Of a DNA stretch of 32,000 nt, positions 9,546-19,379 are shown piece after piece. Source of the DNA: Vibrio alginolyticus NBRC 15630 = ATCC 17749. GTDB taxonomy: Bacteria; Pseudomonadota; Gammaproteobacteria; Enterobacterales; Vibrionaceae. The DNA is taken from contig NC_022349.1 of NCBI RefSeq assembly GCF_000354175.2, positions 2,970,001 through 3,002,000 on the forward strand. The letters are read 5' to 3'. How positions within the stretch are numbered: the first letter of the stretch is position 1; the number at the start of each line of letters is the position of its first letter. The notes beneath the pieces are model-generated. The model had not been told where the DNA came from, did no database searches, and worked only from the letters and a program-made list of their open reading frames with translations. Made by a program: the position numbers and the translations under genes.

Positions 9546-9929
9546 ATGGCATACAGCGAAAAAGTAATTGATCACTACGAGAACCCACGTAACGTTGGTT
9601 CATTCGATAAAGAAGATCCATCAGTAGGTAGCGGCATGGTTGGCGCTCCTGCGTGTGGTGACGTAATGAAGCTTCAAATCAAAGTGACACCTGAAGGTAT
9701 CATCGAAGATGCGAAGTTCAAAACATACGGTTGTGGTAGTGCAATCGCATCAAGCTCACTAGTAACTGAGTGGGTAAAAGGTAAGTCAGTTGATGAAGCG
9801 GCAGCAATTAAAAACTCTGAGATTGCTGAAGAGCTAGAGCTTCCACCAGTGAAAGTTCACTGTTCTATTCTTGCTGAAGATGCAATCAAAGCAGCGGTTG
9901 CTGACTACAAGAAAAAACACCAAGAATAA
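9546..9929 (+). CDS. iscU: Fe-S cluster scaffold protein IscU
   Basis: 127 aa. MAYSEKVIDHYENPRNVGSF, GAPACGDVM, YGCGSAIASSS, LPPVKVHCSILAEDA. Confidence 0.98.
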   Translation: MAYSEKVIDHYENPRNVGSFDKEDPSVGSGMVGAPACGDVMKLQIKVTPEGIIEDAKFKTYGCGSAIASSSLVTEWVKGKSVDEAAAIKNSEIAEELELPPVKVHCSILAEDAIKAAVADYKKKHQE

Positions 9930-9943
9930 TTATTCCGTAATAT

Positions 9944-9967
9944 AATGGGAGCTTTGACGCTCCCATT
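9944..9967 (+). other. Intra-operon stem-loop between iscU and iscA (no U-tract)
   Basis: aatgggagc (9944-9952), loop tttgac, gctcccatt (9959-9967): a perfect 9-bp stem. It is followed by ccaatcg, so it is not a classical terminator. Confidence 0.6.
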
Positions 9968-9999
9968 CCAATCGAAATTTAGACAGACTAAGGTGCAGT

Positions 10000-10323
10000 A
10001 TGGCCATCACAATGACAGAATCAGCGGCAAGTCGCGTAAGAGCATTCCTAGATAACCGAGGCAAGGGTATCGGTTTACGTCTTGGAGTGAAGACGACTGG
10101 TTGTTCCGGCATGGCATACGTACTTGAGTTTGTTGATGAGCTCAATGAAGAAGACGAAGTATTTGAACTCTCTGGAGTGAAAATTATCATCGATCAAAAG
10201 AGCTTAGTGTACCTAGATGGTACTGAATTGGATTACGTGAAAGAAGGGTTGAATGAAGGTTTTGAATTCAACAACCCTAACGCGAAAAGTGAATGTGGTT
10301 GTGGTGAAAGCTTCAACGTCTAA
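10000..10323 (+). CDS. iscA: Fe-S cluster insertion protein IscA
   Basis: 107 aa. [15 protein letters not shown] and the C-terminal CGCGESF are A-type carrier signatures. Confidence 0.97.
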   Translation: MAITMTESAASRVRAFLDNRGKGIGLRLGVKTTGCSGMAYVLEFVDELNEEDEVFELSGVKIIIDQKSLVYLDGTELDYVKEGLNEGFEFNNPNAKSECGCGESFNV

Positions 10324-10378
10324 TTGATTGTCCTTCTGGGCAAACGAGTCCGGAAGGCTTTACTAGGACCCGAACTTA

Positions 10379-10894
10379 ATGAATCACTTTGAATTATTTG
10401 GGCTACCAAGTCAGTTTAAGCTGGATGGTAGCCTTCTTTCTTCTCAGTTCCGAGAACTACAAAAACGCTTCCACCCGGATAACTTTGCAACGGGCTCAGA
10501 ACGTGACCGTTTGATGGCGGTGCAAAAGGCGGCGCAAATCAACGATGCCTATCAAGTTCTGAAAAATCCTATTTCTCGCGCCGAGTATATCCTCGCAGAG
10601 CAAGGTGTTGAGATCCGAGGTGAACAGCAAACAATGCAAGATCCGATGTTCTTAATGGAGCAAATGGAACTGCGCGAAGAACTGGAAGAGATTGCTGACA
10701 GCTCCGATCCCGAATCGGCGCTTTTTGACTTCGATTCTAAGGTCAGCAAAATGTACAAACAGCATCTGGCAAGCGTCGAGCAAGAGCTTGATGATGGTCT
10801 ATGGGCTGAAGCCGCAGACCGAGTTCGTAAGCTAAAATTCATTGCCAAACTAAAGAACGAAATTGAGCTAGTCGAAGACAAACTCCTCGGCTAG
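10379..10894 (+). CDS. hscB: Co-chaperone HscB (J-protein)
   Basis: 171 aa. MNHFELFGLP..., J-domain HPD tripeptide (RFHPDNF), FLMEQMELREELEEI. Colinear with recalled E. coli HscB. Confidence 0.96.
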   Translation: MNHFELFGLPSQFKLDGSLLSSQFRELQKRFHPDNFATGSERDRLMAVQKAAQINDAYQVLKNPISRAEYILAEQGVEIRGEQQTMQDPMFLMEQMELREELEEIADSSDPESALFDFDSKVSKMYKQHLASVEQELDDGLWAEAADRVRKLKFIAKLKNEIELVEDKLLG

Positions 10895-10915
10895 TAAGCG
10901 TGACAAGGACCTATC

Positions 10916-12769
10916 ATGGCACTACTTCAAATCGCAGAACCGGGCCAAAGCTCGGCACCTCATGAGCATAAGTTAGCAGCGGGTATCGACTTAGGTACTA
11001 CCAACTCTTTGGTTGCTTCTGTACGTAGCGGCGATGCAACTCCACTTGCGGACGAGCAGGGCCGTACTATTTTACCTTCAGTCGTTAATTACGCTGAGGA
11101 AACGTTAACGGTCGGCCACGAAGCTAAAGCCAAAGCAGAGTTTGAACCAGAGAACACGATTATCTCTGTAAAACGTTTGATCGGTCGTTCATTAAAGGAC
11201 ATTCAGTCCCGTTACTCTTCACTTCCTTATCGTTTTAAAGAGAGTGAAAACGGCCTGCCAATTCTGCAAACACCTCAAGGTGACAAAAACCCGATTGAAG
11301 TATCTGCGGACATCCTAAAAGTATTGGGTAAGCGAGCTGAAGATACGTTAGGTGGTGAGTTAGCAGGTGTCGTTATTACCGTTCCTGCTTACTTTGATGA
11401 CGCGCAACGTGCAGGTACAAAAGATGCGGCGAAATTAGCTGGTCTTCATGTTCTCCGTCTACTTAATGAACCAACCGCTGCGGCAATTGCTTATGGCCTA
11501 GACTCTGGTCAAGAAGGTGTGATTGCGGTTTACGATCTAGGTGGCGGTACTTTTGATATCTCTATCCTACGTTTATCGAAAGGCGTATTTGAAGTATTAG
11601 CAACAGGTGGCGATTCTGCATTAGGCGGTGACGACTTCGACCATCTATTTGCCGATTATTTAATGGAGCAAGCGGGTCTAGAAGCTCCGCTTTCTGCAGA
11701 AAAGAACCGTACACTGTTGAACATTGCTACTGAAGCTAAGATTGCTTTCTCTGAGCAAGACAGTGTTGACGTTGACGTTTTTGGTTGGAAAGGCACCGTG
11801 ACTCGCGAGCAGTTCGAAGATCTGATTCGTCCGCTAGTGAAGAAAACCCTGATGTCTTGTCGTCGCGCATTAAAAGATGCGGATGTCGACGCAGATGAAG
11901 TACTCGAGGTCGTCATGGTTGGTGGCTCAACCCGTACATTGCTGGTTCGTGAAATGGTAGGCGAGTTTTTTGGTCGCACACCCCTGACAAGCATTAACCC
12001 TGATGAAGTTGTTGCAATCGGCGCGGGTATCCAAGCTGATATCCTAGCGGGTAACAAACCTGACTCTGAAATGTTGCTTCTTGATGTGATTCCACTGTCG
12101 CTCGGTATTGAAACCATGGGTGGTTTGGTCGAGAAGATCATCCCCCGCAACACTACGATTCCCGTTGCGCGTGCGCAAGAATTTACCACATTCAAAGATG
12201 GCCAAACGGCGATGAGTGTTCATGTGGTACAAGGTGAACGTGAAATGGTTGATGACTGTCGTTCACTTGCTCGCTTCTCGTTAAAAGGTATTCCTCCGAT
12301 GGCAGCGGGTGCGGCACATATTCGCGTGACTTACCAAGTTGACGCAGATGGCCTTCTTTCTGTTACGGCAATGGAGAAGAGCACTGGTGTTCAATCAGAG
12401 ATTCAAGTAAAACCTTCTTACGGCTTAAGTGACAATGAAGTGGCGGATATGTTGCGTGATTCAATGACGCACGCAAAAGAAGACATGCAAGCTCGTGCCT
12501 TAGCTGAGCAGCGTGTTGAAGCCGACCGAGTGATAGAAGGTTTGATTGCAGCGATGCAAGCTGATGGTGATGACTTACTATCAGAACAAGAGAAACAAAA
12601 CTTGATTAAAGCCATCGAAGCCTTGATTGAGCTGCGTAATGGTGATGATGCAGATGCGATAGAGCAAGGCATTAAAGATACCGATAAAGCGAGCCAAGAT
12701 TTCGCATCACGCCGTATGGATAAATCGATTCGAGCTGCGTTGTCAGGTCAATCAGTAGACGATATATAA
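10916..12769 (+). CDS. hscA: Fe-S protein assembly chaperone HscA (Hsp70 family)
   Basis: 617 aa. [29 protein letters not shown] and the Hsp70 substrate-binding domain. It lies between hscB and fdx. Confidence 0.98.
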   Translation: MALLQIAEPGQSSAPHEHKLAAGIDLGTTNSLVASVRSGDATPLADEQGRTILPSVVNYAEETLTVGHEAKAKAEFEPENTIISVKRLIGRSLKDIQSRYSSLPYRFKESENGLPILQTPQGDKNPIEVSADILKVLGKRAEDTLGGELAGVVITVPAYFDDAQRAGTKDAAKLAGLHVLRLLNEPTAAAIAYGLDSGQEGVIAVYDLGGGTFDISILRLSKGVFEVLATGGDSALGGDDFDHLFADYLMEQAGLEAPLSAEKNRTLLNIATEAKIAFSEQDSVDVDVFGWKGTVTREQFEDLIRPLVKKTLMSCRRALKDADVDADEVLEVVMVGGSTRTLLVREMVGEFFGRTPLTSINPDEVVAIGAGIQADILAGNKPDSEMLLLDVIPLSLGIETMGGLVEKIIPRNTTIPVARAQEFTTFKDGQTAMSVHVVQGEREMVDDCRSLARFSLKGIPPMAAGAAHIRVTYQVDADGLLSVTAMEKSTGVQSEIQVKPSYGLSDNEVADMLRDSMTHAKEDMQARALAEQRVEADRVIEGLIAAMQADGDDLLSEQEKQNLIKAIEALIELRNGDDADAIEQGIKDTDKASQDFASRRMDKSIRAALSGQSVDDI

Positions 12770-12782
12770 GAGATAAGTAGTT

Positions 12783-13121
12783 ATGCCTAAGATTATTGTA
12801 TTACCACACGACGATTTGTGCCCAGAAGGTGCAGTGTTGGAAGCAAACTCTGGTGACACCGTTCTAGACGTAGCGCTAAAAAACGGTATCGGTATTGAAC
12901 ATGCGTGTGAGAAGTCATGTGCGTGTACTACCTGCCACGTAATCATCCGTGAAGGTTTTGATTCACTAGAAGAAAGTGAAGAACTAGAAGACGACATGCT
13001 AGATAAAGCGTGGGGTCTAGAGCCTGAGTCACGCCTAGGGTGTCAGGCGAGAATTGCTGATGAAGACTTGGTGGTAGAAATTCCTAAATACACACTAAAC
13101 CACGCTTCAGAAGATCACTAA
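12783..13121 (+). CDS. fdx: [2Fe-2S] ferredoxin of the ISC system
   Basis: 112 aa. MPKIIVLPHDDLCPEGAVLEANSG, CEKSCACTTCH, DMLDKAWGLEPESRLGCQ. Confidence 0.97.
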   Translation: MPKIIVLPHDDLCPEGAVLEANSGDTVLDVALKNGIGIEHACEKSCACTTCHVIIREGFDSLEESEELEDDMLDKAWGLEPESRLGCQARIADEDLVVEIPKYTLNHASEDH

Positions 13122-13165
13122 AACTATCTTCCCAATATAGGGAAGAAGCAAAAGGAAGATGAGCA

Positions 13166-13360
13166 ATGAAATGGACAGATTCTCGCGATATCGCGATTGA
13201 ACTTTGTGACAAGTTTCCAGATGTCGATCCAAAAACAGTGCGTTTTACCGATCTTCATCAATGGATCATGGAGTTAGATGAGTTTGACGATGAGCCAAAC
13301 CGTTCTAATGAAAAGATTCTAGAAGCCGTTATCATGTGCTGGATGGACGAAGCAGACTAA
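13166..13360 (+). CDS. iscX: Fe-S assembly protein IscX
   Basis: 64 aa, acidic. [33 protein letters not shown] parallels recalled E. coli IscX/YfhJ. Confidence 0.93.
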   Translation: MKWTDSRDIAIELCDKFPDVDPKTVRFTDLHQWIMELDEFDDEPNRSNEKILEAVIMCWMDEAD

Positions 13361-13403
13361 GTCTGTAAAACACAGCCTAGTTAACAATTCTTACTAAAAA
13401 AAG

Positions 13404-13427
13404 CGGACCTTTAGGTCCGTTTTTTTA
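13404..13427 (+). terminator. Rho-independent terminator of the isc operon
   Basis: cggacc (13404-13409), loop ttta, ggtccg (13414-13419), followed by T8. An A7 run precedes it. Confidence 0.75.
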
Positions 13428-13521
13428 TCCAATTGACATTTTTGCCCTACATAATGCTAACATCCGTGAGTTATTAAAAAGAAGCAGCGTAGGCAACGCT
13501 GCTATAAGACAAGGAGAAACC

Positions 13522-14820
13522 ATGTCTACACAGATGTCTGTATTTTTAAGTCAAGAGTCGGCAGCACCACATTGGGGTGAAAAAGCACTGCTTTCATTCG
13601 CTGAAAACGGCGCAACTATTCACTTAGGTCAAGGTCATGATCTCGGCGCAATTCAACGTGCAGCTCGTCAGCTAGATGGCCAAGGAATTCGTTCTATTTT
13701 TCTTTCTGGTGATAACTGGGATCTAGAGAGCGTATGGGCTTTCCACCAAGGGTTCCGTAACCCTAAAAAACATGGCTCAGTTGAGTGGGCAGCATTGTCT
13801 GATGAAGATCAAGCAGAGCTTCAAGCTCGTATTACTTCGACTGATTTTACCCGCGATATTATCAACAAAACGGCAGAAGAAGTTGCTCCTCGTCAGCTAG
13901 CGACAATGGCTGCTGAATTCATCAAATCTGTTGCGCCGAAAGGCACGGTGACAGCACGTATCGTCAAAGACAAAGACTTGTTGGCAGAAGGTTGGGAAGG
14001 TATTTACGCAGTAGGCCGTGGTTCTGAGCGTACTTCTGCGATGCTTCAGTTAGACTACAACCCAACTGGTGACGAAAACGCACCTGTATTCGCATGTCTT
14101 GTGGGTAAAGGCATCACCTTTGATTCCGGTGGTTACAGCTTGAAGCCTTCTACCTTCATGAGTGCAATGAAAGCAGATATGGGTGGCTCGGGTACTATAA
14201 CTGGTGGCCTAGGATTAGCTATCTTGCGCGGTTTAAACAAGCGCGTAAAACTGATCTTGTGTTGTGCTGAGAACATGGTTTCTGGCCGTGCCCTTAAGCT
14301 TGGCGACATCATCACTTACAAAAACGGCAAAACCGTTGAGATTATGAATACCGACGCGGAAGGTCGCTTGGTGCTTGCAGACGGTCTTATCTACGCCAGT
14401 GAGCAAAAGCCTGAGTTAATCATTGACTGCGCGACACTAACAGGCGCAGCGAAGAATGCGTTAGGTAACGATTACCATGCGCTAATGAGCTTTGATGATG
14501 AGCTATCGCATCAAGCGCTTACGGCGGCAAACCAGGAAAAAGAAGGCTTGTGGCCGCTACCACTTGCTGATTTCCATCGAGAAATGCTGCCATCTAATTT
14601 TGCCGATTTATCGAATATCAGCTCTGGTGATTATTCTCCAGGTGCAAGTACTGCAGCTGCATTCTTGTCTTACTTCGTTGAGGACTACAAAAAAGGCTGG
14701 TTACATTTCGACTGTGCGGGTACGTATCGTAAAGCCGCTTCTGATAAATGGGCTGCGGGAGCAACGGGTATGGGTGTTCGTACACTTGCTCGTTTCCTCA
14801 ATGAGCAAGCTGGAAAATAA
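13522..14820 (+). CDS. pepB: Peptidase B (M17 leucyl aminopeptidase family)
   Basis: 432 aa. [16 protein letters not shown], the [15 protein letters not shown]17 signature, [12 protein letters not shown]. Colinear with recalled E. coli PepB and downstream of iscX as in E. coli. Confidence 0.96.
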   Translation: MSTQMSVFLSQESAAPHWGEKALLSFAENGATIHLGQGHDLGAIQRAARQLDGQGIRSIFLSGDNWDLESVWAFHQGFRNPKKHGSVEWAALSDEDQAELQARITSTDFTRDIINKTAEEVAPRQLATMAAEFIKSVAPKGTVTARIVKDKDLLAEGWEGIYAVGRGSERTSAMLQLDYNPTGDENAPVFACLVGKGITFDSGGYSLKPSTFMSAMKADMGGSGTITGGLGLAILRGLNKRVKLILCCAENMVSGRALKLGDIITYKNGKTVEIMNTDAEGRLVLADGLIYASEQKPELIIDCATLTGAAKNALGNDYHALMSFDDELSHQALTAANQEKEGLWPLPLADFHREMLPSNFADLSNISSGDYSPGASTAAAFLSYFVEDYKKGWLHFDCAGTYRKAASDKWAAGATGMGVRTLARFLNEQAGK

Positions 14821-14828
14821 GATTGATT

Positions 14829-14854
14829 GCAGCACTCTCTTGTTTGAGTGCTGC
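14829..14854 (+). terminator. Hairpin after pepB (weak or partial terminator)
   Basis: gcagcactc (14829-14837), 8-nt loop, gagtgctgc (14846-14854). Only tctt follows, so the U-tract is poor. Confidence 0.4.
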
Positions 14855-14915
14855 TCTTACCCAGTAAGTCACTTTAAAAGCACAACTATTATTACAAGTA
14901 CAGAAAGGAAATTTT

Positions 14916-15341
14916 ATGGCTCTAGAAAGAACATTTTCAATCATTAAGCCTGATGCTGTAGAGCGAAACCTAATTGGTGAAATCTACAATCGTATTGAAA
15001 AGGCTGGCCTACGTATCATCGCTGCCAAAATGGTTCACCTGACAGAAGATCAGGCAAGCGGCTTTTATGCAGAGCATGAAGGTAAAGAGTTTTTCCCTCC
15101 TCTAAAAGAGTTCATGACATCTGGTCCTATTATGGTTCAGGTATTGGAAGGCGAAAATGCGATTGCACGTTACCGCGAGCTAATGGGTAAAACCAACCCA
15201 GAGGACGCGGCATGTGGCACTTTGCGTGCTGATTACGCACTCAGCATGCGTCACAATTCAGTTCATGGTTCAGATAGCCCTGAGTCTGCCGCTCGTGAAA
15301 TTGAGTTTTTCTTCCCTGAATCAGAAGTTTTCTCTCGCTAA
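14916..15341 (+). CDS. ndk: Nucleoside diphosphate kinase
   Basis: 141 aa. [15 protein letters not shown], the active-site His in [18 protein letters not shown]. Confidence 0.98.
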   Translation: MALERTFSIIKPDAVERNLIGEIYNRIEKAGLRIIAAKMVHLTEDQASGFYAEHEGKEFFPPLKEFMTSGPIMVQVLEGENAIARYRELMGKTNPEDAACGTLRADYALSMRHNSVHGSDSPESAAREIEFFFPESEVFSR

Positions 15342-15383
15342 CTCGTTCATGCATCACTTTTGCGTGATGATCTAGTTCGTAAT

Positions 15384-15410
15384 AACCTCGGAATTGTCCG
15401 AGGTTTTTTA
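15384..15410 (+). terminator. Rho-independent terminator after ndk
   Basis: aacctcgga (15384-15392), loop attg, tccgaggtt (15397-15405), followed by TTTTTA. Confidence 0.8.
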
Positions 15411-15647
15411 TTCCGCGTTCTCCATTTCACCTGCGAGTTCATTCGTAATTATTCGCGAAGATGTTGGCTAATCTGAGCATCTTACAGGGGTGAAAGCTTA
15501 GTTACGTGTGTTTGTTCTCACTGTTTTCTCTGTACCACTTCTACGCTTTTGTTGTCGGTTGTCTAATCATTATTCTCACCGTAAAGTCTGATTAAAATTT
15601 AATCGTTTTTATTTTAATGCCTTAGCAAACTCAGGGTCTTACACCCC

Positions 15648-15676
15648 TTGTTGTAGCTGCATAAAGGCTGTACAAT
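15648..15676 (+). promoter_or_regulatory. Candidate sigma70 promoter of rlmN
   Basis: TTGTTG (15648-15653), a 17-bp spacer, TACAAT (15671-15676), then the GC-rich discriminator tcgcgccc. This is about 40 nt upstream of ATG 15715. Confidence 0.4.
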
Positions 15677-15714
15677 TCGCGCCCTTATTCTTGTTTCAGT
15701 CATTGAGAGGCAAC

Positions 15715-16842
15715 ATGACCACTGAAAAAATCAATCTACTCGACTTTGATCGCAAAGGCATGCGTCAGTTTTTCGCGGAAGAACTTGGCGAGAAAGCGTT
15801 TCGTGCCGATCAGGTTATGAAGTGGATCTACCATTTCGGTGTAGATGACTTCGAAAAAATGACAAACATCAACAAGAAGCTGCGCGAAAAGCTTTTACAC
15901 AAGTGTGAAATTAAAGCACCAACTGTAGCAGAAGCTCAGCATTCTTCAGACGGCACGATCAAGTGGGCAATGAAGGTTGGTGATCAGGATGTAGAAACGG
16001 TTTACATTCCAGAAGATGATCGCGCAACGCTTTGTGTATCTTCTCAAGTAGGTTGTGCATTGGAATGTAAGTTCTGCTCAACAGCACAGCAGGGCTTTAA
16101 CCGTAACTTGAAAGTTTCAGAGATCATCGGTCAGGTGTGGCGTGCTGCACGTGAAATTGGTCTTGAGAAAGAAACAGGCCGTCGCCCAATTACGAACGTC
16201 GTGATGATGGGCATGGGTGAGCCGCTTCTTAATATGAAGAACTTGATTCCTGCATTGGAGTTAATGCTGGATGACCTTGGCTTTGGTTTGTCGAAGCGTC
16301 GCGTAACCGTATCAACATCAGGTGTCGTTTCTGGTCTTGATCAGATGACGGGCAAAATCGACGTTGCGTTAGCGATCTCTCTTCATGCGCCAAACGATAA
16401 GCTGCGTAGTGAAATCATGCCAATTAACGATCGTTGGGATATTCAAGATTTCCTAGCATCCGTTCGTCGTTACATTGCTTCATCGAATGCAAACCGTGGC
16501 AAGGTAACAGTCGAGTACGTGTTGCTTGATCATGTGAACGATGACATGGACCATGCTCGTGAACTGGCTGAATTGATGAAAGACACACCATGTAAGATTA
16601 ACTTGATTCCGTTTAACCCGTACCCAGGTTCACCTTACAAGAAACCAAGTAACTCACGTATTGATCGCTTCCAAAAAACATTGATGCAATACGAGCACAC
16701 AGTTACGGTTCGTAAAACACGTGGTGATGACATTGATGCCGCATGTGGTCAGTTGGTCGGTGATGTAATTGACCGAACTAAACGTACGGCAATGCTGAAA
16801 GCGTCACGCGGTGCCGATACCATTGAAGTGAAAGCTGTATAA
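15715..16842 (+). CDS. rlmN: Dual-specificity 23S rRNA/tRNA m2A methyltransferase RlmN (radical SAM)
   Basis: I trimmed from the TTG at 15691 to ATG 15715, which has SD GAGAGG at 15705-15710 (375 aa). [16 protein letters not shown], radical-SAM cluster motif [21 protein letters not shown]. Colinear with recalled E. coli RlmN. Confidence 0.96.
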   Translation: MTTEKINLLDFDRKGMRQFFAEELGEKAFRADQVMKWIYHFGVDDFEKMTNINKKLREKLLHKCEIKAPTVAEAQHSSDGTIKWAMKVGDQDVETVYIPEDDRATLCVSSQVGCALECKFCSTAQQGFNRNLKVSEIIGQVWRAAREIGLEKETGRRPITNVVMMGMGEPLLNMKNLIPALELMLDDLGFGLSKRRVTVSTSGVVSGLDQMTGKIDVALAISLHAPNDKLRSEIMPINDRWDIQDFLASVRRYIASSNANRGKVTVEYVLLDHVNDDMDHARELAELMKDTPCKINLIPFNPYPGSPYKKPSNSRIDRFQKTLMQYEHTVTVRKTRGDDIDAACGQLVGDVIDRTKRTAMLKASRGADTIEVKAV

Positions 16843-16860
16843 ACGACCGGAATTCAAAAA

Positions 16861-16890
16861 TAGCCAGAGCCATTCGCTCTGGCTATTTTG
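16861..16890 (+). terminator. Rho-independent terminator after rlmN
   Basis: tagccagag (16861-16869), 7-nt loop, ctctggcta (16877-16885), followed by TTTTG. Confidence 0.75.
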
Positions 16891-17277
16891 TTTATTGTTT
16901 AGGACATTTTCGCCAAGATTTGGGACTATCACTCTTCAACCTAAGGTTATTTGGGTATAATTTCGAATTCCTTTGTCAAAGTTTGGACAAAAGCTTGAGC
17001 TATCTGTTAGTTTGAGTGTAAAGAGTTTTTGTCTTCGTTGCGCATTCGCTTATCATGATATGTAACACTAACGATGACACCGATAATTCTCAGCACTTTC
17101 TCACATACGTTTTGCTGATTTTTGCAAAACGGGTATTCGCACTCAGATCGCTGAGAGTTTCTTAAAATTATTATTTTTGGTTAACGCGTTTTGGCTAGCT
17201 ATCTTTAAAGAGGCTTAAGAACAATAACGAAAATACATGACCACGTTAGCCACTAAAACAGATTAAATACCGCCATT

Positions 17278-18228
17278 ATGACAGAACACGAAAATACGAA
17301 TGAAGTGCCACTCTCTATTGAAGCTGGCACATTACTGAAAAACAAACGTGAATCCTTGGGAATGAGCCAAAAGCAAGTTGCCGACCGCCTGAGGCTTCGC
17401 ATTTCTGTGATTGAAGATATTGAAAATAACCGATTTGAATCTCAACAAGTCGCGACATTTACGCGTGGTTACTTACGCTCTTACGCTAAATTCGTAGGTC
17501 TTGATGAGAAGGTGGTTTTGACGGCGTTAGAGCAGACTGCCGATGCTCAGCCTCAAGAGCAAGAAATTGAAATGCAAAGCTTCTCTCGTAAAACAAAAGA
17601 CGAGAAGCACAATAGCCGTATTATGCTCCTTACTTGGGTTATCGGGCTAGTCATTATTGGCATTTCAGCTGCATGGTGGTGGCAAAACCAACAAGAGAAT
17701 AGCCTAACTAAGGAAGTAACGGATTCAAGTGTTGAAGCGCCGCAGCCCACTGCTCAAGAATTAGCTGATATCGATTTGATGACGGCTGAAGAGTTAATCG
17801 CAAGCACTCCTGAAGAAGTTGCTTCAACTAATGAAGGTGTTGCTGAATTGACTGAAGCACCCGTTGAGCAAGGGGCGGATCCTTTGCTGACTGAAACTGA
17901 AAATACAACAAGCGTAGATTCTGAAGAACCTGTTGCCGTGATTGAAGCGGCGGAAGAGGAACAGCCTGCGCCAGTAGTACCTGAAGGCATGACACTTCTT
18001 ACTATGAAGTTTAAAGCGGACTGTTGGATTCAAGTAAAAGACACCAATGGTAAAACGCTGGTAAGTGGTACTCATAAGCCAGGACAAGATGTAGAACTTA
18101 CCGGAAAAGCGCCATTTAAAGTGATATTAGGCGCACCGGAAGGGGTTACAATGACATTTGCAAGTGAACCTGTCGACCTTTCTGGGTATACTTCAGGCAA
18201 AGTAGCTAGATTCACTCTACCGTTATAA
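17278..18228 (+). CDS. rodZ: Cytoskeleton protein RodZ
   Basis: 316 aa. N-terminal XRE-type HTH (GTLLKNKRESLGMSQKQVADRL), FTRGYLRSYAKFVGL, single TM (IMLLTWVIGLVIIGISAAWWW), acidic low-complexity linker, and a C-terminal beta domain (MKFKADCWIQVKD..GK). Same architecture as recalled E. coli RodZ, and upstream of ispG. Confidence 0.92.
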   Translation: MTEHENTNEVPLSIEAGTLLKNKRESLGMSQKQVADRLRLRISVIEDIENNRFESQQVATFTRGYLRSYAKFVGLDEKVVLTALEQTADAQPQEQEIEMQSFSRKTKDEKHNSRIMLLTWVIGLVIIGISAAWWWQNQQENSLTKEVTDSSVEAPQPTAQELADIDLMTAEELIASTPEEVASTNEGVAELTEAPVEQGADPLLTETENTTSVDSEEPVAVIEAAEEEQPAPVVPEGMTLLTMKFKADCWIQVKDTNGKTLVSGTHKPGQDVELTGKAPFKVILGAPEGVTMTFASEPVDLSGYTSGKVARFTLPL

Positions 18229-18234
18229 AAAATT

Positions 18235-19353
18235 ATGCAACACGAATCTCCAATTATTCGTCGTAAATCGACGCGTATTTATGTGGGTGATGTGCCAATT
18301 GGTGATGGTGCGCCAATTGCAGTACAGTCAATGACTAACACTCGCACGACTGACGTAGAAGCGACAGTCGCTCAAATCCGAGCACTAGAAAAAGTCGGCG
18401 CAGATATCGTTCGAGTTTCTGTACCTACGATGGACGCAGCAGAAGCTTTCAAACTGATTAAACAGCAAGTTTCTGTACCATTAGTGGCTGATATTCATTT
18501 CGACTATCGTATCGCGCTGAAAGTGGCGGAGTACGGAGTTGACTGTTTACGTATCAACCCAGGTAACATCGGCAATGAAGAGCGCATTCGCGCTGTTGTT
18601 GATTGCGCTCGCGATAAAAATATCCCGATCCGTATTGGTGTCAATGGTGGATCTTTGGAAAAAGATCTACAGATGAAATACGGTGAGCCTACGCCAGAAG
18701 CCTTGGTTGAATCGGCGATGCGTCACGTAGATCATCTCGATCGTCTTAACTTTGACCAATTTAAAGTTAGCGTGAAAGCTTCAGACGTTTTTCTTGCGGT
18801 GGATTCATATCGTCTGCTGGCGAAGAAAATCGATCAGCCTCTTCATTTAGGTATCACAGAGGCGGGTGGTGCTCGAGCTGGCGCTGTTAAGTCATCTGTT
18901 GGCTTAGGTATGCTGTTATCTGAAGGGATAGGCGATACGCTGCGTATCTCTTTGGCTGCCGATCCAGTTGAAGAAATCAAAGTCGGTTTCGACATCCTTA
19001 AATCTCTGCGCATTCGCTCTCGAGGCATCAACTTTATTGCGTGCCCAAGCTGCTCACGCCAAGAATTCGATGTGATTGGTACGGTGAATGCACTGGAGCA
19101 ACGTTTAGAAGACATCATCACGCCAATGGATGTGTCTATCATCGGTTGTGTGGTAAACGGCCCTGGTGAAGCAGAAGTTTCTCACTTAGGTCTAGCAGGT
19201 AGTAACAAGAAGAGCGCATTCTACGAAGATGGTAAACGCCAGAAAGAGCGCTTTGATAACGATGACCTTGTGAATAAGCTAGAAGCTAAGATCCGTGCGA
19301 AAGCAGCTATGATGAATGGCGAAAACCGCATCGAAGTTAAAGTACAAGATTAA
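18235..19353 (+). CDS. ispG: 4-hydroxy-3-methylbut-2-en-1-yl diphosphate synthase (flavodoxin)
   Basis: 372 aa. [59 protein letters not shown] ([4Fe-4S] cysteines). Confidence 0.98.
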   Translation: MQHESPIIRRKSTRIYVGDVPIGDGAPIAVQSMTNTRTTDVEATVAQIRALEKVGADIVRVSVPTMDAAEAFKLIKQQVSVPLVADIHFDYRIALKVAEYGVDCLRINPGNIGNEERIRAVVDCARDKNIPIRIGVNGGSLEKDLQMKYGEPTPEALVESAMRHVDHLDRLNFDQFKVSVKASDVFLAVDSYRLLAKKIDQPLHLGITEAGGARAGAVKSSVGLGMLLSEGIGDTLRISLAADPVEEIKVGFDILKSLRIRSRGINFIACPSCSRQEFDVIGTVNALEQRLEDIITPMDVSIIGCVVNGPGEAEVSHLGLAGSNKKSAFYEDGKRQKERFDNDDLVNKLEAKIRAKAAMMNGENRIEVKVQD

Positions 19354-19379
19354 TCTCAACGAGAATTACGGTAAGTATT

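Noticed and set aside
11656-12195. 179-aa minus-strand ORF antisense to hscA (and the nearby 12044-12232, 12418-12672 and 12752-12997 ORFs)
   Set aside because: They lie inside or antisense to the well-supported hscA/fdx frames. Their composition is Ser/Arg-rich and low-complexity, and they have no start context.
13433-13438. Perfect TTGACA -35 hexamer upstream of pepB
   Set aside because: I found no acceptable -10 at 16-18 bp spacing: TGCTAA at 16, TAACAT only at 19. I therefore did not call a promoter.
14492-14947. 151-aa plus-strand ORF overlapping the pepB 3' end out of frame and running into the ndk start
   Set aside because: It crosses the pepB stop, the post-pepB hairpin and the ndk SD/start. 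It is basic and low-complexity with no recognisable features. pepB and ndk fully account for the region.
17237-17266. 9-codon uORF (MTTLATKTD*) just upstream of rodZ
   Set aside because: It has no SD, is very short and has no associated structure. It is indistinguishable from a chance ORF in AT-rich leader sequence.
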